A DNA stretch of 64,000 bases from the NCBI GenBank assembly GCA_963801745.1, contig CAWDFY010000005.1, forward strand, positions 918,619 to 982,618, written 5' to 3'. A program made the position numbers and the translations under genes. Source of the DNA: an uncultured Chloroflexia bacterium (lineage in GTDB: Bacteria > Chloroflexota > Limnocylindria > Limnocylindrales > CSP1-4). Below are positions 30,354 through 39,876 of this stretch, in pieces (the first letter of the stretch is position 1; each line of letters opens with the position of its first letter). The notes under the pieces were generated by a model. It saw nothing but the letters and a program-made list of their open reading frames with translations. It had not been told where the DNA came from and ran no database searches.

Positions 30354-32988
30354 GTGGTCGAGAGCGACATCACCGACCGGACGCTGCCGACCGGCACCGT
30401 CACGTTCCTCCGGACCGATGTCGAGGGCTCGATGGCCCTCAGCCGAGCCCTCGGGTCGCGCTGGGACGCGCTGAACGACCGGCACCTCGGGCTCATCCGC
30501 GGGGCGGTCGACGCGGCCGGCGGGGTGGTCGTCCGGACCGAGGGGGACGCCGTCTTCGCGGCCTTCCAGGAAGCCGGTGCCGGCGTCCGGGCGGCCATCG
30601 AGGCGCAACGGGCCCTCGTCGAGGCCGACTGGCCGGCGGACGCGCAGATCCGCGTCCGGATGGGTCTCCACAGCGGCGAGGCGCACCTGGCCGGCGACGA
30701 CTACGGCGGTTTCGACGTCAATCGGGCAGCGCGCGTCGCTGCCACCGGTCACGGCGGCCAGATCATCCTCAGCTCCACGACCCGCGGTCTGGTCGAGTCG
30801 TCACTGCCGGATGGCGTGGACCTCCGCGACCTCGGACGGCATGCGTTGCGCGACCTGCCGCAACCCGAGCAGCTGTTCCAGCTCGACGTGCCAGGCCTTC
30901 GAACGGCATTCCCGGCGCTGCGCACCGCCATGCCGACCATCGGTGATCTGCCATCGCGGATGACCAGCTTCGTCGGTCGCGAGGCCGAGCTCGATGAGCT
31001 ACGCGAGCTGCTGGGCGAGCAGCGGCTGGTGACGCTGACCGGTCCTGGCGGGATCGGCAAGACGAGCCTGGCCGTAGAGACGGCGCGCTCCGTGGCCCAC
31101 CGCTTTGCCGACGGGGCGTGGTTCGTGCCGCTCGCCCAGGTCGACGAGCCGTCGATCGTAGCCTCGGTCATCGCCCGCACGATCGGCCTGTTCGACGGAC
31201 CCGCGAGGCCCGCCAGAGATGCCCTCGGCCCCTACCTCGCCGAGCGGTCGGTCCTGCTCGTGCTCGACAACTTCGAGCGCCTGCTCGACGCGTCGAGCGA
31301 TGTCGCCGACATCCTCCGCGCGTCATCAGCTTCGAGGATCCTGTTGACCAGCCGGGCGCCACTGCGGATCCCAGGCGAGCAGGAGTATCCGGTCAGGCCG
31401 CTGGTCGAAGCCTGCCCGACGCTGTTCGTGGAGCGCGCACGAGCGGTCAAACCTGGCTGGGAGCCCGGGGCCGAAGCAGCAGTCCTCGATGACGTGTGCT
31501 CCCTGCTCGACGGGCTGCCGCTCGGGGTCGAGCTGGCAGCGGCCCGCGTCGCGCACCTACCGGTGACCGCCATCCGGGACCGCCTGGCTGCGCGCTTGCC
31601 GCTCCCGGGTGCGGGCCCGCGCGATGTGCCGGACCGGCAGCGCACGCTGGCGGCCGCCTTCGAGTGGAGCCACGACATGCTCTCGACCGGATCGCAGCAT
31701 GTCCTGCACGATCTGGCCGTATTCGAAGGTGGGTTCGACCTCGACCAGGCCACGCAGGTGGTTCAGCCGACCGATGACGGCGTCGACGTGCTCGATCACC
31801 TCGTGGCGCTCGTCGACCAGAGCCTCGTCAAGCGCGATGCGGAGGACTCGGTCGGATCCGGGATCCGCTTCCGGCTGCTCGCGACGATCCGTGGCTTCGC
31901 GCTCGAGCGACTTGACGGCGAGGGCCGATCGGAGGAGGCCCGGCGGCGGCACGCCGTCGCGTACCTCGCGCTGGCCGAACAGGCGGCGCCGACGATGCCG
32001 GGACCAAACCAGCCGCGGTGGCTAGCGCGCCTGACCATCGACTACGACAACATCCGCGCGGCGATCCGATGGACCATCGACGCCGGTGAGGTCGAGCTCG
32101 CGTTGCGGTTCGTGGCCGCGATGTGGCGCTATTGGCAGCAGGATGGCCATCTTGTCGAAGGCGCCGACCTGGCGGAGGCGGCGCTTGCGATGCCCGGTGC
32201 CGATGCCACGACGGAGCATCGGCTTGCTGCCGTCACGGCGGCGGGTGGGATCGCGTACTGGCAGAACCGGCGAGCGGACGCGCTCGGGTGGTACGAGGAG
32301 GAGCTCGCGGTCGCACGCCGGCTCGGACACGTGGCAGGCGAGGCGGACGCCCTCTGGAACCTGGCCTACGGACGATATGTCGCCGAGGATACGTCGGGTG
32401 CGGAGGAGCTCCTGCGACGGTCTCGTCGGCTGTTCGAGCAAGTCGGTGACGAGCGAGCGATCGCGCGTGTCGATTGGTCGATAGCGACGCTGCTTGGCGC
32501 GATCGCGATGAGTCGGGAACAACTGCCAGTGTTCGAGTCTCTGCTGGACAGAATTCGAGCGCCTCGGCGACCCGTGGTACGCCTCTCAAGCGAAGTCCAG
32601 CATCGCCTGGGTGCTGTTCATGACCGGCGACCTGCCCGGCGCCAGTCGCTGGTACATCCGCGGGCTGACGACGGCGCTTGGCCTTCGAGACCTTACCGGG
32701 GCGACCATCTCGCTCGAGGTCGCGGCTGTGGTGGCCGCGGAAGCCGGGCGGCCCGAGGAGGGTGCGGCGATGATGGGGGCGTCCGAGCACCTTCGCGAGC
32801 TGTACGGGGTGGAGCCACCACAGGGTTTGCAGGAGCTCATCGGACAGGCGTCGCCGCGCGAGCGTCTCGTGGCGCTGCTCCTCCCGGACCGCTTCGCGGC
32901 CTCGTTCGACCGCGGCCGGCAGATGACGATCGATGAGGCGGTCGCCCTGATCATCCGGGTCCAGGACGAGACCTGGGGTGGCGCTTGA
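30354..32988 (+). CDS. class III nucleotidyl (adenylyl/guanylyl) cyclase + NB-ARC/AAA ATPase + TPR (STAND) protein, copy 1; frameshift near 32552
   Basis: The cyclase domain reads TVTFLRTDVEGSMALS...RTEGDAVFAAF...RVRMGLHSGEAHLAGDDYGGFDVNRAARVAATGHGGQII. Walker A is LTGPGGIGKTSLA. The C-terminal 125 aa (ORF 32611..32988) is homologous to the end of copy 2 but lies in a different frame. The gene begins 10 nt after the CNB-transporter stop. Confidence 0.75.
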
Positions 32989-35633
32989 CACACGCAGGTA
33001 CCGACCGGACGCTGCCGACCGGCACCGTCACGTTCCTCCGGACCGATGTCGAGGGCTCCATGGCCCTCAGCCGAGCCCTCGGGTCGCGCTGGGACGCGCT
33101 GAACGACCGGCACCTCGGGCTCATCCGCTCGGCGGTCGACGCGGCCGGCGGGGTGGTCGTCCGGACCGAGGGGGACGCCGTCTTCGCGGCCTTCCAGGAA
33201 GCCGGTGCCGGCGTCCGGGCGGCCATCGAGGCGCAACGGGCCCTCGTCGAGGCCGACTGGCCGGCGGACGCGCAGATCCGCGTCCGGATGGGTCTCCACA
33301 GCGGCGAGGCGCACCTGGCCGGCGACGACTACGGCGGTTTCGACGTCAATCGGGCAGCGCGCGTCGCTGCCACCGGGCACGGCGGCCAGATCCTTCTGTC
33401 GGGCGCATCGCAGGCGCTCGTCGCCGACGCACTGCCCGACGGCGTCACGCTGCGCGACCTTGGCACGTACGTGCTGCGCGACGTGCCGCGCCCGGAGCGG
33501 CTGTTCCAGGCCGACGCCTCCGGCCTGCCGACAGCGTTCCCGCCGCCGCGCGCCGGTCGGGTCGAGATCGGCAACCTCGACGATCGACTCACGACGTTCG
33601 TCGGTCGGGACGAGCCCGTCCGAGAGCTGCGGGAGCTCCTCGGGACGTCACGGCTGGTGACGCTCACCGGGGCGGGCGGCATCGGCAAGTCGAGTCTCGC
33701 GTTGGAGACAGCTCGGGCAGCCCAGGAGGGGTTCGCCGACGGGGCGTGGTTCGTCCCGCTTGCGACCATCGATGGGACCGAGGAGGTGCTGCCTCTCGTC
33801 GCCCGGACGCTCGGGCTGTACGACGGTTCGGCGAGCTCGGCTGCCGACACGCTTCCGCGCTTCATGGCCGATCGCTCGCTCTTACTCCTCCTCGACAACT
33901 TCGAGCACGTCGTCGATGCGGCGCCGGTCGTGGCGAACCTCGTCCGGTGGTCGTCTCGATCGCGAGTCCTGGTCACGAGTCGGACGCCACTGCGTCTCGC
34001 CGCCGAGCAGGAATATCCGGTCGCCCCGCTCACGGTCGAGGCAGGTGCAGACGTGAGTCCGCCCGACGGCGACACTCCCGCTCGACGATTGTTCGTGGAT
34101 CGGGCTCGGGCCGTCCGTCCAGGCTGGGATCCCGGGACGGAGATCTCGGTCGTGGACGAGATCTGCCGGCTCGTCGACGGCCTGCCGCTCGGGATCGAGC
34201 TGGCCGCCGCCCGAGTGGCGCTGCTGCCGCTCGGCGCGATCCGTGATCGCCTGGCCGCGTCGCTACCGCTGCCCGGCGCCGGGTCCCGCGACGCTCCAGC
34301 GCGCCAGCGGACGCTTGAGGCCACCGTCGAGTGGAGCCACGGCCTGCTGAGCCCCGATCTCCAACGCGCACTGCACCGGTTCTCGGTATTCGAGGGCGGC
34401 GCGGATGTCGACCAGGCCCAGGACGTGTTGGTGGATCACGGCGCCGCCGACGACGTCCTCGACCGACTCGTCGAGCTCGCCGAACGAAGCCTGCTCGAGC
34501 GCGACCCCTCGCCGCTCGGCATCCGATTCCGGATGCTCCGAACGATCCAGACCTTCGCCGAGGTGAGACTCGAGCACGACGATGACGAAACGGCGGTCCG
34601 CCGCCGGCACGCCCAGACCTTCCTGGATCTCGCCCGGCAAGCGCAACGAGACGAGGGCACGGCTGCACAGGTCCCCTGGATCGAGCGCCTGTCGATCGAC
34701 GATGCCAACCTTCGCGCGGCGATCCGTTGGGCGATCGACCACGACGCGCGTCTTGCGCTCGCACTCGTGGCGGCCGCCTGGCGGTTCTGGCAGACCGACG
34801 GCCATCTCACCGAGGGCCGCACGCTCGCCGACCGGGCCCTCGCGTTGCCCGATGCCGCCGCCCCGACGGTCGAGCGGATGTGGGCGGTGGGTGCCGCGGG
34901 GAGCATCGCATACTGGCAAGCCGACTCAGAGACGGCACAACGTCGCTACGAAGAGCAGGTCGCCCTGGCCCGGGCGCTCGACGACGAGCGGGGCATCGCC
35001 GACGCCCTCTTCAACCTCGCCCATACGGAGTTCATCCATCTGGCCGATGCGGAAGCGGCGCACGTCCTGCTCGATGACGTCGTCTCGCGATACCGGGATC
35101 TGGGCGACGAGCGCGGGGTAGTCCGGGCGGAGTGGGCGGCCAGCAACGTGCTCCTCGACGAGCACCGGACCGAGGAGGCGACGGCCTTGATGCAGCGGCT
35201 GCTGCTCGAGTTCGAGCGACTCGGCGACACGCAGTATCACGCGATGGCGCTCGGGAGCCTGTCCTGGGCGGCATTCATGGCCGGGGACACGCAGGATTCG
35301 ATCGGCTACGCCGCGGGTGCGCTGCGCGAGTCGTACGACATGCGCGACCTCGGGACCACGACGATCTCGATGCATGTCGGCGTCCTGATCGCGCTGATCA
35401 CCGGGCGACCGGAGGTGGCTGCACGGCTGACCGGTGTCTTCGACGCCGCGAGCGAGCGCTATGGCGTCAGGCCGCCGGCCGCGCTGGACCGGTTCCTCGC
35501 CGACCAAGATCCGTTCAGCGCGGCCCGGGAAGCGCTCACGCCCGAGCGATGGGAGATCGAATACGCGGCGGGCCGCCGGATGAGCCTGGGTGAGGCCGTG
35601 GACGTCGTGGAGTCCATGGCCCCGACCCGCTGA
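32985..35633 (+). CDS. class III nucleotidyl cyclase + NB-ARC/AAA ATPase + TPR (STAND) protein, copy 2 (intact)
   Basis: The N-terminal 150 aa are near-identical to copy 1 at the protein and DNA level. Walker A is LTGAGGIGKSSLA. The C-terminus is a TPR-like helical region. The TTG start overlaps the copy-1 stop (TTGA). Confidence 0.85.
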   Translation: MTHAGTDRTLPTGTVTFLRTDVEGSMALSRALGSRWDALNDRHLGLIRSAVDAAGGVVVRTEGDAVFAAFQEAGAGVRAAIEAQRALVEADWPADAQIRVRMGLHSGEAHLAGDDYGGFDVNRAARVAATGHGGQILLSGASQALVADALPDGVTLRDLGTYVLRDVPRPERLFQADASGLPTAFPPPRAGRVEIGNLDDRLTTFVGRDEPVRELRELLGTSRLVTLTGAGGIGKSSLALETARAAQEGFADGAWFVPLATIDGTEEVLPLVARTLGLYDGSASSAADTLPRFMADRSLLLLLDNFEHVVDAAPVVANLVRWSSRSRVLVTSRTPLRLAAEQEYPVAPLTVEAGADVSPPDGDTPARRLFVDRARAVRPGWDPGTEISVVDEICRLVDGLPLGIELAAARVALLPLGAIRDRLAASLPLPGAGSRDAPARQRTLEATVEWSHGLLSPDLQRALHRFSVFEGGADVDQAQDVLVDHGAADDVLDRLVELAERSLLERDPSPLGIRFRMLRTIQTFAEVRLEHDDDETAVRRRHAQTFLDLARQAQRDEGTAAQVPWIERLSIDDANLRAAIRWAIDHDARLALALVAAAWRFWQTDGHLTEGRTLADRALALPDAAAPTVERMWAVGAAGSIAYWQADSETAQRRYEEQVALARALDDERGIADALFNLAHTEFIHLADAEAAHVLLDDVVSRYRDLGDERGVVRAEWAASNVLLDEHRTEEATALMQRLLLEFERLGDTQYHAMALGSLSWAAFMAGDTQDSIGYAAGALRESYDMRDLGTTTISMHVGVLIALITGRPEVAARLTGVFDAASERYGVRPPAALDRFLADQDPFSAAREALTPERWEIEYAAGRRMSLGEAVDVVESMAPTR

Positions 35634-35649
35634 CCACCGAGATCCTGAT

Positions 35650-36615
35650 TCAGCTCGGGTCGATCCCCCAGTCGACGAAGTACTCGTTGTCGTTCGGCGT
35701 GTTCGTGACCTGGACGAGGTCCGACCCGTCGAGCGCCATCGTGTAGATATCGGCGTTGTCGGACGTGCCGACGGCCATGTTGAACACAAGCCGGGAACCG
35801 TCAGGCGAGAACGTCGGTGCGTTCCCCCAATTGTGGTCCGGGGGAAGGTCGATCATCCGTAGGTCGGACCCGTCGGGTCGCACGAGGATGAACCGGGTCT
35901 CGGTGTACGGCACCAAGGCGCGACCGGCGGCCAGCCACTGGCCGTCGCGCGACCAGCTCACCTCGTTGCCGACCGGGTCGGGGATGACCTGGTGTGCCGC
36001 ACCGGTGTTCACGTCGGCGACCCAGATCGTACCGGTGTCCTCACCCGCATCGCCACGCACGAAGGCGAGCTGCCGGCCGTCCGGCGAGAAGTCACCGGGG
36101 ATGTCGTTGCCGCCTTGGCCGTTCGTCGTCAGCCGGGTCGGGCCCGAACCGTCGGCGGCGTTGGCGAGGAAGATCCCGTTGCGGGACGTGTCCTGATCGT
36201 TCCATCCTTCGGACGCGAGCCGGCGCCCGTCGGGGGACCATGTCGAGCAGCCGAGCGTCACGCCGTCGCCCGTGTTCGGGAACGCGGTCTGGCCCGATCC
36301 GTCGACGTTGATGGTCCCGAAGCCCACGGACAGACGGCGACCGTCCGGCGAGAACTGCGGGCATTCGTTCGGACCAGGGATGACCACGTGGACGTCCGAC
36401 CCATCCGGGCGAGCGATATGGACGACTGTGTCATCGACGGCTGCGGAGAAACGGCCGAAGACGATCGGGCCGTTCTGGACCGGGATCGGTGTCAGTCGCC
36501 AGCCGCCGACCGTGAGGCCGACGGCGACGATGGCGATCAGCAACGCGAGGACGAGGAGGAACGCCCAGACCGGTGCGATGTGCATCCGGCCGAACGAGCG
36601 TGCAGTGGTAGTCAT
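35650..36615 (-). CDS. TolB-like / PD40 WD40 beta-propeller protein with N-terminal TM anchor
   Basis: AGGAG lies 8 nt before the ATG at 36615. The TM helix is MHIAPVWAFLLVLALLIAIVAVGLTV. PD40 repeats recur (FSPDGRRL, WSPDGRRLA, FSPDGRQLAF, WSRDGQWLA, FSPDGSRLVF). Confidence 0.7.
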   Translation of the reverse strand: MTTTARSFGRMHIAPVWAFLLVLALLIAIVAVGLTVGGWRLTPIPVQNGPIVFGRFSAAVDDTVVHIARPDGSDVHVVIPGPNECPQFSPDGRRLSVGFGTINVDGSGQTAFPNTGDGVTLGCSTWSPDGRRLASEGWNDQDTSRNGIFLANAADGSGPTRLTTNGQGGNDIPGDFSPDGRQLAFVRGDAGEDTGTIWVADVNTGAAHQVIPDPVGNEVSWSRDGQWLAAGRALVPYTETRFILVRPDGSDLRMIDLPPDHNWGNAPTFSPDGSRLVFNMAVGTSDNADIYTMALDGSDLVQVTNTPNDNEYFVDWGIDPS

Positions 36616-36768
36616 CGGATGGCTCCTGAGGGACGCCAGCCAGACCGGCTGCTGCCGGCGACCGGCAGTCGTGTCGAGGATCGCGTTCGACCTGGCCATC
36701 CACGATGGTTCGGTCGGCGGTGATCTCGAGATGGGCGCGGAGGATCAGCTCGACGTCTCGCTGTGCGT

Positions 36769-37322
36769 TCATGTCGGGCGCTCCGCTGGACGTGCGATGG
36801 GCCGATCAGCCGCGTCGACGCTGGCCCGCAGGGCCGCGAGGGCGCGGTGGATCCGGGACTTCATCGGCCGGTCGGGATGCCAAGGACTGATGCTGCCTCG
36901 GCGACCGGGAGGTCGAGGTAGTAGATCAATACGAGCACAGTCCGCTGATCGAGCGTGAGACCCTGGAGGCCGCGCTCGATCTGGTCGGTGACCGCGAAAG
37001 TCGATTGAAGGTCGGCGCCGTCAGGATGGTCGGTCGACTGGAGGGGCAGCTCGACGACGCGCCGGCGGGCCCGCCGGCGCGAGTCCTGACAGGATCTGAC
37101 GAGGAGACGAGTCAGCCAGGCTTGGAACTTGTCGGGCTCACGCAGCCCGGGAAGACTCCGCCACGCGTCGACGAAGGCGTCCTGGACCGCGTCCTCGGCG
37201 AGGCCATAGTCGCGAAGGATCAGCCGCGCGATCGCGTTGAGCCGGCCGATCGAATCCGCGACGAGGCGCGCGAAGGCGTCATGATCGCCTTCCCTCGCCA
37301 GGATCACGAGATCTCGATCCAT
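36769..37322 (-). CDS. ECF (sigma-70 family) RNA polymerase sigma factor with 1-nt frameshift near 36862
   Basis: Region 2 reads DAVQDAFVDAWRSLPG...FQAWLTRLL. Region 4 reads LTLDQRTVLVLIYYLDLPVAEAASVLGIPTG. The ORF then stops. The next frame reads MKSRIHRALAALRASVDAADRPIARPAERPT*, the canonical region-4 end. The indel is in accggccgatg. Confidence 0.7.
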
Positions 37323-37368
37323 CCTTGCCGCCTGACCTGACGCGGATATCTTCCGCGCTCGACGTGTA

Positions 37369-37396
37369 TGTCCGTCGCGGTCTGGGGTTTGGTTCC
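37369..37396 (-). promoter_or_regulatory. candidate autoregulated ECF-type promoter (GGAAC -35 ... CGAC -10-like) upstream of the sigma factor gene
   Basis: The minus-strand sequence reads tatGGAACcaaaccccagaccgCGACggaca, about 60 nt upstream of the sigma ATG. The match is weak. Confidence 0.2.
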
Positions 37397-37554
37397 ATAT
37401 TCGTCGCCGCGACTCGACCTACCCCTCCGTCTCCGGCGTCGGCCAAAACCTGCCATATGTTCATCAGGCGCACACAGGACAGAGTTCCGTGCGCGGCCGC
37501 GGGAGGGAGACGCATCTCGGACGAACGGTGCACAGATGGCAGGAAGCCGGGCCG

Positions 37555-38340
37555 TCAGTCGGGTCGGCCGGCCATCAACTCGCGCATCGCGGCCAGCTCG
37601 GATCGGATCTGCGCGAGCTCGACCTCCAGGCGCGAGGTCGCCTCCGCGGTCGCCGCTGTGTCGTCGTCATCGTCCGGCACCAGCACGCTGGCCAGGATGC
37701 TGGCGAGCGACCCGATGATCCCGACGCCAGCGAACATCACGAACACGGCGGTCACTCGACCGAGGGTGGTCACCGGGAACGCGTCCCCGTAGCCCACCGT
37801 CGTGATCGTCGCGAGTCCCCACCACAGCGCGTCGCCGCCGGTGGTGATGTTCGCGTCGGGTGAGCGAACCTCGAACTGGAGAATGAGCACGGACGATGCG
37901 GACAGGACGATGAACGCCGAGAGGAACGTGATGAACAGGGCGTACTTACTCCGGTTCTCGATGACGTCGCGCATGATCGAGCTCTGGTCCTTCGCCCGCA
38001 TCAGGCGGAGGATCCGCGCGACGCGGCCGAGGCGGGCCAGGCGGAACAGCACGGTCAACCGGAACATCCCCAGGCTGGGGATCGAGCCGAGCAGGTCCAG
38101 CCAGCCGCCGCCGCTGATGAAGTACTCGCGCCTCGAACGGGACCGCGCGATGTTCATCGCGAAGTCAACCAGGAAGATCACGCAGATCACATTGTCGAAG
38201 ACCGACAGTGCCGTGAGGGTCGCGTCATCGAGCGGGAGCAGCAGTAGCGCCATGATGACCAGCGACTGGATCGTCAGGACCAGGATGAAGATGTCGTAGG
38301 CGTTGCTGTGCTGCGGCACGGCGCGAGTGTCGGCGGTCAC
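37555..38340 (-). CDS. voltage-gated potassium channel (6-TM, Kv/KvAP-like)
   Basis: The S4 voltage sensor reads RLTVLFRLARLGRVARILRLMR. The pore selectivity filter is TTVGYGD. S1-S6 hydrophobic helices are present. The acidic C-tail is DDDDD. Confidence 0.85.
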   Translation of the reverse strand: MTADTRAVPQHSNAYDIFILVLTIQSLVIMALLLLPLDDATLTALSVFDNVICVIFLVDFAMNIARSRSRREYFISGGGWLDLLGSIPSLGMFRLTVLFRLARLGRVARILRLMRAKDQSSIMRDVIENRSKYALFITFLSAFIVLSASSVLILQFEVRSPDANITTGGDALWWGLATITTVGYGDAFPVTTLGRVTAVFVMFAGVGIIGSLASILASVLVPDDDDDTAATAEATSRLEVELAQIRSELAAMRELMAGRPD

Positions 38341-38467
38341 CCAGAAGCCTCCCTTCCCCGGCGGATACAGCTCCGCCGATCCCTCTTATGCCCGGCCATC
38401 CTGGGTAGATCGATCCCGGATCGCGCGGCCCGGTGGATCGTAGCGGCGCCACCGCTCCTGGCGTGTC

Positions 38468-38878
38468 TTAGGTGCGCGCCGCCTTGTGACCGCCCTCGGC
38501 TCGGCGCGCGGCGCCCCAGCCCGGATCGCCCGCGGTCGCTGCGTAGCCACGGTTGGTGAGGTCCTCGAGCTCCGACAGCAGCACCTCGTCGACCTTCGCG
38601 AAGTTGAAGCACGACTTGCCCTGCATGCGCTTGCGGAGCGCTGGCGACACGTCGTCGAGCAGGTCCGGCTTCGCGTACACCGGCATCAGGTAGTAGCTGA
38701 CGTAGCGCTTGCCGACCCGCGTCGCGCCGAACCACGTCGACGGGTCGCGCTCGGCCTCGGGCGCCATGTCGACGCCGAACCACTGCGGCGAGTCGGCGGA
38801 GACGTACATCTCCCTGGCGTACGGCGCGAGCATCCCCTTGAACCGCTCGAACAGCTGGCCGAACTCGGCCTCCGACAT
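38468..38878 (-). CDS. DUF1801 (YdhG-like) domain protein
   Basis: 136 aa with protein-like composition. It lies 14 nt downstream of the E1beta stop. Confidence 0.55.
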   Translation of the reverse strand: MSEAEFGQLFERFKGMLAPYAREMYVSADSPQWFGVDMAPEAERDPSTWFGATRVGKRYVSYYLMPVYAKPDLLDDVSPALRKRMQGKSCFNFAKVDEVLLSELEDLTNRGYAATAGDPGWGAARRAEGGHKAART

Positions 38879-38892
38879 GGTGGATCCCCTTC

Positions 38893-39876
38893 TCAGTAGG
38901 CCGCCAGCTTGCGGATCGCGTCGGCGATCTTGTCGGGGCTGACCATGAACCAGTCCTCAAGGACGTGGTTGTACGGCACACCGGGCACCTCAGGGCCGGC
39001 GATCCGGGTGACCGGGCCGTCGAGGTAATCGAAGGCCTCCTCCGCGACGAGTGCCGCGACCTCGGCGCCGTATCCCCCGAAGCGGTTGTCCTCGTAGACG
39101 ACGAGGCACTTGCCGGTCTTGCGCACCGACTCGAGGACGGTCTCGGTGTCGAGCGGGCGGAGTGTGCGCAGGTCGACCACCTCGACGCTGATGCCCTCCT
39201 CGGCGACCCGATCGGCGGCCTCCAGCGCGTAGTGCGCCATCAGCCCGTAGGCGAACACCGAGATCTGCGTCCCTGGGTGGGTGATCGCCGCCTTGCCGAG
39301 CGGGACCGTGTAATCGGTGTCGGGGACGTCACCGCGCACTGAGCGATACATCTTCTTGTGCTCGAAGAACAGCACGGGGTCGTCGTCGCGGATCGACGAG
39401 CGAAGCAGGCCGCGCGCGTCGTATGGCGTGGACGGGACCACGACCTTGAGCCCCGGAACGTGGGTGAAGAAGCCCTCGACGCTCTGCGAGTGGTACAACG
39501 CGCCGTGAACGCCGCCGCCGTATGGCGCCCGGACGACCATGGGCACGCCGTAGCCGTTGTTCGAGCGGTAGCGCATCCGGGCCGCCTCTGACACGAGCTG
39601 GTTGAACGCGGGAAAGATGAAGTCCGCGAACTGGATCTCGGCGACCGGCCGCAGCCCATTGACCGCCGCGCCGATCGACGCACCCACGATCATCGACTCG
39701 GACAGCGGCGTGTCGATGACGCGGTCGTCGCCGAACTCCGCCCACAGCCCGTCGGTCGCCAGGAACACGCCGCCCTTCTTGCCGACGTCCTCGCCGAGCA
39801 CGATGACCGACTCGTCACGCCGCATCTCGTCGGCGAGCGTCTCTCGGATGGCGTCGATGAAGGTCCGCGCCGGCAT
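38893..39876 (-). CDS. 2-oxoacid (branched-chain keto acid / pyruvate) dehydrogenase E1 component beta subunit
   Basis: Full-length transketolase-like E1beta: ...EIQFADFIFPAFNQLVSEAA...VVRAPYGGGVHGALYHSQS... Confidence 0.9.
   Translation of the reverse strand: MPARTFIDAIRETLADEMRRDESVIVLGEDVGKKGGVFLATDGLWAEFGDDRVIDTPLSESMIVGASIGAAVNGLRPVAEIQFADFIFPAFNQLVSEAARMRYRSNNGYGVPMVVRAPYGGGVHGALYHSQSVEGFFTHVPGLKVVVPSTPYDARGLLRSSIRDDDPVLFFEHKKMYRSVRGDVPDTDYTVPLGKAAITHPGTQISVFAYGLMAHYALEAADRVAEEGISVEVVDLRTLRPLDTETVLESVRKTGKCLVVYEDNRFGGYGAEVAALVAEEAFDYLDGPVTRIAGPEVPGVPYNHVLEDWFMVSPDKIADAIRKLAAY

Noticed and set aside
27237-30752. Minus ORFs 27237..29078 (613 aa) and 29679..30752
   Set aside because: They are antisense to the CNB-transporter and cyclase genes. 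They are D/R/G/E-rich junk.
32586-34324. Minus ORFs 32586..33380 and 33329..34324 and plus ORF 32978..34246
   Set aside because: They are shadow frames of the two cyclase genes. The plus 32978 frame is off by one from the true copy-2 frame starting at 32985.
27555-35633. Pycsar-like anti-phage system (cyclase plus cNMP-binding TM effector)
   Set aside because: Pycsar cyclases are small standalone enzymes and PycTM effectors have the CNB domain N-terminal to 2-4 TM helices. Here the cyclases are about 880-aa STAND proteins and the CNB domain is C-terminal to a 12-TM transporter plus HEAT array. Domain content is superficially similar but the architecture differs. I treat it as a distinct, uncharacterised arrangement rather than Pycsar.
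36431-36772. 113-aa ORF as a standalone gene
   Set aside because: About 180 nt of it overlap the TolB-like gene, which has a strong AGGAG RBS and TM start at 36615. Only its first about 50 codons could be real, as a possible anti-sigma remnant. It is kept as a note under the ECF finding instead.
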